From an uncultured Bacilli bacterium (GTDB lineage Bacteria > Bacillota_I > Bacilli_A > RF39 > UBA660): a DNA stretch of 64,000 bases. The notes under the pieces are model-generated. The model made no database searches. It had not been told where the DNA came from and was given only the letters and a program-made list of their open reading frames with translations. This document shows, piece by piece, positions 47,885 to 56,388 of this stretch (the stretch's first letter is position 1; each line of letters starts with the position of its first letter). Position numbers and translations under genes: made by a program. Location: positions 1,303-65,302 of the forward strand of contig CANRCV010000003.1 of assembly GCA_947629205.1 (NCBI GenBank), given 5' to 3'.

Positions 47885-49006
47885 ATGAGTACTACTGAAA
47901 AAAAGCGTAATTCAAATTTAGAATTATTAAGAATTATTAGTATAATTTTAATTATTGCTCACCACTATGCTGGGCATGGTTTTGTTATTGAAAATATGCC
48001 ATATTCGTTCAATCAATATTTAATTGGTTTTTTAGTATTAGGTGGGAAATTAGGAGTCGTTTGTTTTATTTTAATTTCTGGATTTTTTATGTGTGAAACA
48101 AAATTTTCTATTAAAAAATTAATTAAATTAATAGGTGAGGCATGGTTTTATTTACTTGTAATAGGAATATTATTTAATACAATTTTAACCCCAACTATTC
48201 CTATTGATTTTACAGTAATATTAAAATCAACCATTCCAATTATATATGATCAAAATTGGTTTATAACAGATTATATAATGCTAATGATAATTTCACCAGT
48301 ATTAAATATTATCATTAAAAATATTAGCAAAGAATCATATCAAAAAATGCTTATCATAGGATTTATTTTATATTCAGTTTTACCTATATTCATTTTTGCA
48401 AGTCTTAATAATACAAGTTTTGTTGGGTTTATTTATTTATATTTTGTAGCAGGGTATATGAGAAAATTTTTACAAGTTCAAAATTCTCCTAAAAGATATT
48501 TTTTAAAAGCTTCGATAATTAATTTTATGGTTATATTATCAAGTATTTTGTTTATATTTTTAGGTCATAAATTCAATTTAACTATTTTTATAGTTAATAA
48601 TGCCTATTTTAGTTCTTTAAATAGTCCATTTACTTTGTTAATAGGAATTGAACTATTTATATTCTTCTTAAAATTAAAACCCTTTACAAGTAAAATTATT
48701 AATAAAATTGCTAGTACAACTTTAGGAATTTATTTAATTCATGATAATTTTTTACTACGTCCATACTTGTGGGGGGGGGGTATATTAAATAATTTAAATT
48801 ATGTTAATTCTCCATTTTTATTTTTACATGCTATTATTTCAATAATAGGAGTATTTATTGTATGTGTTATTATTGATCTAATTAGACAAGAAACAGTAGA
48901 AAAGGTTTATTTGAAAATTGTAGATAAATTAATTTTATTTTATCAAAAAAAGAATTTAAATATATATAAAAAAATTTGGTATTATATTAGTAAAATAATA
49001 GATTAA
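47885..49006 (+). CDS. acyltransferase family 3 membrane O-acyltransferase, paralog B; contains an in-frame G10 tract
   Basis: Collinear with 43509-44618, including the LWGGGIL tract context and the ...IDLIRQETVEKVYLKIVDKLILFYQKKNLN tail. Confidence 0.65.
   Translation: MSTTEKKRNSNLELLRIISIILIIAHHYAGHGFVIENMPYSFNQYLIGFLVLGGKLGVVCFILISGFFMCETKFSIKKLIKLIGEAWFYLLVIGILFNTILTPTIPIDFTVILKSTIPIIYDQNWFITDYIMLMIISPVLNIIIKNISKESYQKMLIIGFILYSVLPIFIFASLNNTSFVGFIYLYFVAGYMRKFLQVQNSPKRYFLKASIINFMVILSSILFIFLGHKFNLTIFIVNNAYFSSLNSPFTLLIGIELFIFFLKLKPFTSKIINKIASTTLGIYLIHDNFLLRPYLWGGGILNNLNYVNSPFLFLHAIISIIGVFIVCVIIDLIRQETVEKVYLKIVDKLILFYQKKNLNIYKKIWYYISKIID
48771..48780 (+). repeat. homopolymeric G10 tract in acyltransferase-3 paralog B
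   Basis: acttgtGGGGGGGGGGtatatta counted directly. Confidence 0.9.
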
Positions 49007-49179
49007 ATGTTTATATTTTTGAAGGCAAATAATTTAAAATCAAATCTAAATGAAAATTAGCAAGTTTGAGTTTAAATTAATTATTTGCCTTTTATTTTAT
49101 GCAACAAAATGTTATAATTTATTATATAGTGTTTATATAGAAAAAACAAAATAATAAATTTTATATTAGGGAGGGTTAA

Positions 49180-50142
49180 ATGAAATTTGAACCTATTTTA
49201 AGCGTAATTATAATCTCATATAAACAAGAAAAATATATTCGAGAAGCCATAGAAAGCGTTTTGAGCCAAAAAACAGAATACAAATATGAATTACTTTTAG
49301 CTGATGATTGTTCGCCAGATAAAACGCTGGAAATTATGGAAGAATATGCAACAAAGTATCCCAAAATAATTAAACTTTTAAAAAGAGAAAAAAATTTAGG
49401 AGCTAATAATAATTTATTAGATGCATATTCAAAATGTAAAGGTAAATATGTTACCTTTTTAGAAGGTGATGATTATTGGTGCGATAAAAATAAAATCCAA
49501 AAACAAATTGATTTTTTAGAAAAACACACAGAATATATTGGAGTTTCGCATACTCAAGAAGGAAGAAAAAACAATGTTGTAGTAGGGTATTTTCCTAAAA
49601 AATTAAATGAAGATATGATTATTGATGGATTAGATGATTTAATTAAAAATGAAAAGACTTTTTCATTTTCATCTACTATTCATAAAAACTTATATTTAAA
49701 TGAAAAATGGAAAAAAGATATTATTTATTTACATAGCTTGGATAGTACTATTAGTGATTCTCAAATGTGCGATTACTTATGTTTTATTGGTAAAATATAT
49801 GTGATGAATGAGGGAATGATGGTATATAGAATTAGAAATAATGATGGAAATTCAAATTTTAATTCAAGTCATAAAATAAATGAAATTCAATTACGATATT
49901 TAAAAATATATTTAGAAGAAGAAAAATTTTATAATGAAAAATATAGTTTTTATAACAAAATAAAAGAACGATATACTTTAGGAATTGTTTATAATTTATT
50001 ACATGGAAATTTTAAAGAAATAAAGGACTTTAAAAGATTATGCCCTAAAAAATATCGTTTAAGAATAAATTTAGTTTTTCCAATTACTTGTTGTAAAATT
50101 TTATGGAGAAGATTTATTAAAAATCGAGGTGAAAAAAAATGA
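49180..50142 (+). CDS. GT2-family glycosyltransferase
   Basis: LSVIIISYKQEKYI...LLADDCSPDKT...EGDDYW. Confidence 0.75.
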   Translation: MKFEPILSVIIISYKQEKYIREAIESVLSQKTEYKYELLLADDCSPDKTLEIMEEYATKYPKIIKLLKREKNLGANNNLLDAYSKCKGKYVTFLEGDDYWCDKNKIQKQIDFLEKHTEYIGVSHTQEGRKNNVVVGYFPKKLNEDMIIDGLDDLIKNEKTFSFSSTIHKNLYLNEKWKKDIIYLHSLDSTISDSQMCDYLCFIGKIYVMNEGMMVYRIRNNDGNSNFNSSHKINEIQLRYLKIYLEEEKFYNEKYSFYNKIKERYTLGIVYNLLHGNFKEIKDFKRLCPKKYRLRINLVFPITCCKILWRRFIKNRGEKK

Positions 50143-50852
50143 AATTAGGAATTATGCAGCCATATTTTTTCCCATACATTGGTTATTGGCAATTAATTAA
50201 TGCAGTTGACAAATATATTATATATGATGATGTTAACTATATTAAAGGGGGATGGATTAATCGTAATCGTATTTTAGTCAATGGGAATCCAAGTTATTTT
50301 TCTTTACAATTAGATGGAGCTAGTCCAAATAAAAAAATTAATGAGATTAAATTAAATAGTAATGCAGTGTGGAAGAAAAAATTAATAAATTCTTTGCAGA
50401 TGAGTTATAGTAAAGCACCTTTTTATAATGAAGTATTTCCCATAATACAAGATATTATATTATATTCAGAAAATAATTTAGCAAAATATTTAGAAAATTC
50501 ATTAAGAAAATTATGTGCGTTTTTAGATATTAATACTGAAATTATTGTTTCTTCTACTTTACAAAAAAATAATGACTTAAAAGGCAAAGATAAAGTTATA
50601 CATATTTGTGAAATTTTAGATGCTAAAGAATACATAAATGCAATTGGTGGTCAAGATATGTATGATAGTAAAACATTTTTGGAACATGGAATAAAATTAA
50701 GTTTTATTGAAACAAATATTATTCCATATACTCAATTTAAAAATGACTTTGTACCCTATTTATCTATAATTGATTTATTAATGTTTAATGGAAAAGAAAA
50801 GGTAAAAGAATATTTAAATGATTATAAATTAATAAAAAATAGTAAGGAGTAA
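50139..50852 (+). CDS. WbqC-like family protein (O-antigen/amino-sugar pathway accessory protein)
   Basis: N-terminus MKLGIMQPYFFPYIGYWQLI matches the WbqC-like family consensus start. Confidence 0.65.
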   Translation: MKLGIMQPYFFPYIGYWQLINAVDKYIIYDDVNYIKGGWINRNRILVNGNPSYFSLQLDGASPNKKINEIKLNSNAVWKKKLINSLQMSYSKAPFYNEVFPIIQDIILYSENNLAKYLENSLRKLCAFLDINTEIIVSSTLQKNNDLKGKDKVIHICEILDAKEYINAIGGQDMYDSKTFLEHGIKLSFIETNIIPYTQFKNDFVPYLSIIDLLMFNGKEKVKEYLNDYKLIKNSKE

Positions 50853-50853
50853 A

Positions 50854-51830
50854 ATGAAAGAAATTGGTGGATTTTTAGAATTAGATCTTTATAAAGATAG
50901 AAATAAAAAATTTAAAAATAATTTATTATTATTTAATAGTTGTCGTAATGCATTGGCTTATATAATTAAAGTAAAGAATATAAAAAAAATGGCTGTGCCC
51001 TATTATTTGTGTGATTCAATTGTAAATTTATTACAAAAAAATAATATAGATATAACTTTCTATCATATTAAAATGGATTTTACTCCTGAGAATAATATTA
51101 AATTAAGAACTGGTGAATATCTTTTTGTAGTAAATTACTATGGTCAATTAACGAAAAAAATGCAAGGCAAATTAAAATCACAATATAAAAATATAATTTT
51201 AGATAATACGCAAGCTTTTTTTGATAAGCCTTTAAAAAATGTTGATACTCTTTATTCTTTTCGTAAATTTTTTGGAGTCCCCGACGGGGGGGGGTATCTA
51301 CGAATGATGCAAGTTACTATAATCAATTAAAGGTTGATAAATCTAATAATCGTATGTCAGCTTTACTTGGCAGATTTGAAGAAAATGCAGCAGCTTTTTA
51401 TACAGTTTTTCAAAATTTAGAAGAAAATTTTGAGAATATGCCTATGTTAAAAATGTCAAAGTTAACTAATAATCTTTTAAATGCAATTGATTTTTGTAAA
51501 GTAAGAACTATTAGAACTAAAAATTTTAACTTTTTATATAAAAATTTAAAGAATAAAAATATTTTGAAATTAAAAAAAGTTAAAGGTGCTTATATGTACC
51601 CATTATATTTAGAAGATGCTGTAGAATTAAAAAAATTTTTATTAGAAAATAAAATATATATTCCTATTTTATGGCCTAATGTTTTAAATATAGTTTCAAA
51701 AGATTCTATTGAATATAAATATGTGCATAATATTTTACCTTTACCTTGTGATCAAAGATATAGTAAAACAGATATGAAATACATTTGTGATAAAATAATT
51801 GAATTTGAAAAAAGGACAAGAAAGAAGTGA
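50854..51830 (+). CDS. DegT-like (fold-type I PLP enzyme-like) sugar-modifying protein, split into two ORFs at a G9 tract (phase-OFF as sequenced)
   Basis: ORFs 50854-51330 and 51354-51830. NSCRNALAYII...VPYYLCDS resembles the DegT N-terminal block. Hand translation shows the +1 frame after the tract runs stop-free into the second ORF. Confidence 0.4.
51286..51294 (+). repeat. homopolymeric G9 tract separating the two halves of the DegT-like gene
   Basis: ccccgacGGGGGGGGGtatcta counted directly. Confidence 0.9.
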
Positions 51831-52933
51831 TAATAATGTCAAAAATTTTAGTTACACAATCTTCTATGCCAAGTTATGAAGAATATTGTGAAGAAATAAA
51901 AGAATTATTTGATACAAAATGGTTAACGAACAACGGTAAAAAACATAATTTATTAGAAGAAAAATTATGTGATTATCTTGGTGTAAACAATATATCTTTA
52001 TTTTGTAATGGCCATATGGCTTTATATAGTGCTCTTAAATTTTTAAATTTAAAAGGTGAGGTTATTACAACTCCTTTTACATTTGCATCTACAACACATG
52101 CTATTGTAGAAAATGGACTTACTCCTGTTTTTTGTGATATTAATCAAGAAGATTACACAATAGATGCTAATAAAATTGAAGATTTAATTACTGATAAGAC
52201 TTGTGCTATTGTGGCAGTACATGTATATGGTAATCCATGTAATGTAGAAAAAATAGAAGACATTGCAAAAAAACATAACCTTAAAGTTATATATGATGCT
52301 GCTCATGCTTTTGGAGTTAAATATAATGGTATACCTATTGCAAATTTTGGAGATATTTCCATGTTTAGTTTTCATGCTACAAAAGTTTATAATACAATAG
52401 AAGGTGGTGCTCTTGCTTATTCTAATAAAGAGTGGTATCAAAATTTTGGAGAGTTGAAAAATTTTGGTATTGTCGATGAAGAGCATGTTTCTAACATAGG
52501 AATAAATGCTAAAATGAATGAATTTCAAGCCGCTATGGGATTATGTAATTTAAGGCATATAAATGAAGAAATAGCAAAAAGAAAAAAAGTATATGAAAAA
52601 TATATAGAGTTATTAAAAGATGCGAAAGGTATCAAATTAAATATTTTAAAAGAAAATGTTGAAAAAAATTATGCATATTTTCCAATTATTATTGAAGATG
52701 AGTATGGTTTAACAAGAGATCAATTATATGAAAAACTAGCTGAAAATGACATATTTACCAGAAAATATTTTTATCCTTTAGTTAGTGATTACGATTGCTA
52801 TAATAAACAATATGATTCTACTTTAACACCTATTGCAAAGGATATTGCTAATAGAGTTTTAACTTTACCAATGTATGCTAATTTATCTTTAGAAGATGTA
52901 GAAAAAATATGTAATATAATTAAAAAACAATAG
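51827..52933 (+). CDS. DegT/DnrJ/EryC1/StrS-family sugar aminotransferase (PLP-dependent)
   Basis: 368 aa. NGHMALYSALKFL...GEVITTPFTFASTTHAI...FSFHATKVYNTIEGG, with the Lys in HATK. Confidence 0.85.
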   Translation: MIIMSKILVTQSSMPSYEEYCEEIKELFDTKWLTNNGKKHNLLEEKLCDYLGVNNISLFCNGHMALYSALKFLNLKGEVITTPFTFASTTHAIVENGLTPVFCDINQEDYTIDANKIEDLITDKTCAIVAVHVYGNPCNVEKIEDIAKKHNLKVIYDAAHAFGVKYNGIPIANFGDISMFSFHATKVYNTIEGGALAYSNKEWYQNFGELKNFGIVDEEHVSNIGINAKMNEFQAAMGLCNLRHINEEIAKRKKVYEKYIELLKDAKGIKLNILKENVEKNYAYFPIIIEDEYGLTRDQLYEKLAENDIFTRKYFYPLVSDYDCYNKQYDSTLTPIAKDIANRVLTLPMYANLSLEDVEKICNIIKKQ

Positions 52934-52937
52934 ACAT

Positions 52938-53738
52938 TTAATCATTGAATTTTATTTCTATGATACCATGTCTATTTTCTCTTTTATCAACGGGTGGAGG
53001 AGTCATATAATCTCCATAAAAAAATTTTAAATATTTATCATATCCTTTTAAACCCATTAATGTTGTATTTTCAAATTGTAAGGGTATAAATTCGGTCATT
53101 AAACTTGCATCAATTATCATTTTATTAAAATAAACGTCAGCAAAATGGGTAATATAGAAAGTATTTTTCCCATAATATTTATATTGTATTTTGTTTATTT
53201 TTTTTATTATTTTATTAGTTGATATAAAGAACGAAAGGAATTTTAAAATTTTTAACAATATTTTTTTTATAATTGTTTGTGATTCAAGAATATATTTTTT
53301 TTTGATTAAAAGAATCATTCTTAAAATAATTACTTTTTTAATAATAATTTTGTTTAAAAAAGTATTATTACTTAATTGATCAATAGGAAATATATCAATA
53401 AAGATACCATGATGTATATCAACATTTTTTGATATTTCTTCTAAATAAAGAGTATTATTTTCTCTGATTTTTGCAAATGGGAATACAAAATTTTTATCAG
53501 TATCCCAAGTTTGAAGAAAATATTTTTTCCCTAATTCTTGTTGAGCAATTTTAATAAATTTATCATAATCTTCACGAGGCATACTAATATCAAGATCATC
53601 ATCCCAAGGAATGAATCCTTGATGACGTATGGCACCTAATAGTGTGCCACCTGCAATACTATATCGAAGGTTATACTTTTTGCATATTCGATCAACTTCT
53701 TTTGCCATATTCAATTGATGTTGTTGTATTTGATTCAT
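52938..53738 (-). CDS. LicD/fukutin-family phospho-headgroup transferase, second copy
   Basis: LGAIRHQGFIPWDDDLDISMPREDYDKF. Confidence 0.7.
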   Translation of the reverse strand: MNQIQQHQLNMAKEVDRICKKYNLRYSIAGGTLLGAIRHQGFIPWDDDLDISMPREDYDKFIKIAQQELGKKYFLQTWDTDKNFVFPFAKIRENNTLYLEEISKNVDIHHGIFIDIFPIDQLSNNTFLNKIIIKKVIILRMILLIKKKYILESQTIIKKILLKILKFLSFFISTNKIIKKINKIQYKYYGKNTFYITHFADVYFNKMIIDASLMTEFIPLQFENTTLMGLKGYDKYLKFFYGDYMTPPPVDKRENRHGIIEIKFND

Positions 53739-54080
53739 AATAATTAATCACCTAATCTTTAATTCTATTATATATTATTTTAAGTAAAAAAGGAAAGTAT
53801 AAGTTACATGATTAATTAATTAAAAAAATAGTATTTGAATATAAGATATTTATATTAATATTGAATTCTTAAATTATGTAGTAACTATTAAAAGTCAAAC
53901 TTAAATAAAAAATTAAAAAATGACAGATAATTAAATTTTGTCACATTTTAATAAATATGCTATAATTAAATTAATAAAGTTATTGTGTTTGTTACTGATA
54001 TTGATTTTATACTAAATATAGTTATAATTTAGAAATTAACAGAAGGGAATAATTAATTTTAAATTAATTATAGGTGAATT

Positions 54081-54791
54081 ATGAACATAGTTATATTAAC
54101 AGCTGCTGGAAATGGAAGCAGGACACATCAAGATATTCCTAAGCAATTTTTAACAATTAATAATAAACCTTTAATTGTTTATACAATGGAGGTATTTGAA
54201 AAACATCCAAGTATTGATGCTATTTTAGTTGTATGTTTGGATGGATGGCATGAGGTATTGAAAGCATATGCCAAACAGTATAATATTACTAAATTAAAAT
54301 GGGTGGTCTCTGGTGGAAAAACAGGTACTGAATCAATTAAAAATGGAATTATTGAGTTAGAAAAACATTGTAAAAAAGATGATGTAATCTTAATTCATGA
54401 TGGAAATAGACCACTCGTAAGTCAAGAAATTATTACAGATAGTTTAGTTATATATAAAAAATATGGATCAGCAGTTGCGGCTATTCCTTGTATTGAAGCA
54501 ATTTTTAAAAGCCAAGATGGTATTAGTTCTAATGTACACATACCAAGAGAAGAATTATATAGAACACAAACACCTCATACATATTCTTTAGATAAACTTT
54601 TGTGGGCTTATAAAGAAGCAGAAAAGAAAAATATAACTTCTACAACTGCAACTTGTACTCTTATGAATGAATTAGGAGAAACAATTTATTTTTCAAAAGG
54701 ATCTGAACGAAATATAAAAGTTACAACTGTTGAAGATATAGAATTAGTTAAATCTTTATTAGAAACAAATTTGGATTATATTAAGAGGTAA
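54081..54791 (+). CDS. tarI: IspD/TarI-family sugar-phosphate cytidylyltransferase (ribitol-5-phosphate cytidylyltransferase-like)
   Basis: ILTAAGNGSRTHQDIPKQFL...KPLIVYT, IspD/TarI fold. The context with the SDR reductase matches the split Bcs1 arrangement. Confidence 0.75.
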   Translation: MNIVILTAAGNGSRTHQDIPKQFLTINNKPLIVYTMEVFEKHPSIDAILVVCLDGWHEVLKAYAKQYNITKLKWVVSGGKTGTESIKNGIIELEKHCKKDDVILIHDGNRPLVSQEIITDSLVIYKKYGSAVAAIPCIEAIFKSQDGISSNVHIPREELYRTQTPHTYSLDKLLWAYKEAEKKNITSTTATCTLMNELGETIYFSKGSERNIKVTTVEDIELVKSLLETNLDYIKR

Positions 54792-54793
54792 TT

Positions 54794-55840
54794 ATGATTA
54801 GTAATAAATTATATTTAGAAAATTTAGGGCAAATAAGTAAACTTGATTATGATTGGAATTTTTTTCAAAATAAAACCATATTAGTCGCTGGCGCTAGGGG
54901 TTTAATAGGTAGTTATTTCATTGATGAAATAATGTATTTAAATAAAATTAAAAATTTAAATTGTACTATTATTGCAATTGGAAGAAATAAAAATAGTTTA
55001 GAAAATAGGTTTAAAGAGTATTTAAATTATTCAACATTTAAAATATACGAAATGGATATCAATAATAAAATTAAATTGAATGATACTATAGATTTTATTA
55101 TTGATGGAGCTAGCAATACACATCCACTTGCTTATAGTACTGATCCAGTTGGAACTATTATTACTAACGTAATAGGATTGTATAATTTATTGAACTTAGC
55201 AGTAGATAAAAAAATAAAAAAATTTATTTTTTTATCATCTGTAGAAATTTATGGCGAAAATTTAAATAATATAGATGCTTATAAGGAAACTGATTTAGGT
55301 TATATTGATTGTAATACTTTAAGAGCAGGATATCCCGAAAGTAAAAGATTAGGGGAAGCTTTATGTCAAGCCTATATAGAAAAGTATGATTTAGATATTA
55401 GTATAGCTAGAATATCTAGAGTTTATGGACCAACATTATTAAAAGAAGATAGTAAAGCTCTTTCACAATTTTTGAATAAAGCTATAAATGATGAAGATAT
55501 AATATTAAAAAGTGAAGGTAAACAATTTTTTTCTTATACTTACGTTGGTGATGTAGTTTCTGCAATTTTATTAATAATCTCAAAAGGAAAAAATGGAGAG
55601 GCTTATAATATTGCAGATGAACAATCCAATATTTTATTAAAAGATTTAGCACAATTAATTGCAGAAAGTGTAGGAAAAAAAGTAATATTTGAATTGCCAA
55701 ACGAAATTGAAAGGAAGGGCTATTCAACAGCAACTAAAGCAATTTTGGATGGTAGCAAGTTAAAAGAGTTAGGATTTGTTCCATTAATTCATATTGAAGA
55801 AGGAATACAAAGAACTATAAAAATTATGAAAGAAAAATAA
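54794..55840 (+). CDS. NAD(P)-dependent SDR epimerase/dehydratase-family reductase (likely ribulose-5-P reductase partner of TarI, Bcs1 C-domain-like)
   Basis: Rossmann ILVAGARGLIGSYF, and YxxxK region YPESKRLGE. Confidence 0.65.
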   Translation: MISNKLYLENLGQISKLDYDWNFFQNKTILVAGARGLIGSYFIDEIMYLNKIKNLNCTIIAIGRNKNSLENRFKEYLNYSTFKIYEMDINNKIKLNDTIDFIIDGASNTHPLAYSTDPVGTIITNVIGLYNLLNLAVDKKIKKFIFLSSVEIYGENLNNIDAYKETDLGYIDCNTLRAGYPESKRLGEALCQAYIEKYDLDISIARISRVYGPTLLKEDSKALSQFLNKAINDEDIILKSEGKQFFSYTYVGDVVSAILLIISKGKNGEAYNIADEQSNILLKDLAQLIAESVGKKVIFELPNEIERKGYSTATKAILDGSKLKELGFVPLIHIEEGIQRTIKIMKEK

Positions 55841-55849
55841 AATTGATAA

Positions 55850-56071
55850 TTGATTTTTACGACACATGCTACAAATTTATTTAATTTTGATTTATTACGA
55901 AGAGATCAAATTTGGTTTACGGAAAAAGACTATGAAACAAGTATTTCGGATTTATTTCCACTTGATTCCTTTCCTGTTCGAAAAGGAGAAAATATAGAAA
56001 AAGGTTATAGAAATGGACGCTATGGAGCTGTTCCATTTATAAAAGAAATAGAAAAATTAAAAAAGCAATGA
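55850..56071 (+). pseudogene. C-terminal fragment of an AAA_21-type ATPase (abortive-infection-like ATP-binding protein); gene remnant
   Basis: 73-aa ORF MIFTTHATNLFNFDLLRRDQIWFTEKD...GRYGAVP resembles the conserved C-terminus of AAA_21 ATPases. No ATPase N-terminus is present upstream. Confidence 0.35.
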
Positions 56072-56295
56072 TCTGCTTTTTTAATTGGTTTGTTTTTCTT
56101 TTGATTTTTCATATTCTGTATCTTCTTCACAAAGATGAAAATGGTAATATCGTTATTAAACCTGAACCAGAACCAACTCCAACACCTACACCTACACCAG
56201 ATCCAGTACCTGGAACTGGTGATTCAATAGCATTAGGTCTTGTTGGTGTACTTGCTTTAGTATCTGCATGTTATGTATTTAAGAAAAATGCTTAA
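56068..56295 (+). CDS. small ORF: Pro/Thr linker + sortase-type sorting signal-like tail (VPGTGD, hydrophobic stretch, KKNA); probable remnant of a surface-protein C-terminus
   Basis: PEPEPTPTPTPTPDPVPGTGDSIALGLVGVLALVSACYVFKKNA. Confidence 0.35.
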   Translation: MICFFNWFVFLLIFHILYLLHKDENGNIVIKPEPEPTPTPTPTPDPVPGTGDSIALGLVGVLALVSACYVFKKNA

Positions 56296-56315
56296 GAAAT
56301 AAATAATAAATAAAG

Positions 56316-56346
56316 TGAAGCAAAATAAATTTGCTTCATTTTTTTT
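56316..56346 (+). terminator. rho-independent terminator (tgaagcaaa-ataaa-tttgcttca-TTTTTTTT)
   Basis: Perfect 9-bp stem followed by a T8 run. Confidence 0.75.
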
Positions 56347-56388
56347 GCATGTTATGTTATACGTGGTATAATAAAAATATAAAGTGAT

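Noticed and set aside
12640-51294. Poly-G tracts as sequencing artefacts (e.g. two-colour-chemistry poly-G)
   Set aside because: Artefactual poly-G occurs at read ends and would not be placed in frame inside conserved paralogous positions. Six of eight tracts preserve long ORFs and encode GGG. Two sit exactly at ORF breaks whose alternative frames are open. Exact tract lengths could still be off by 1.
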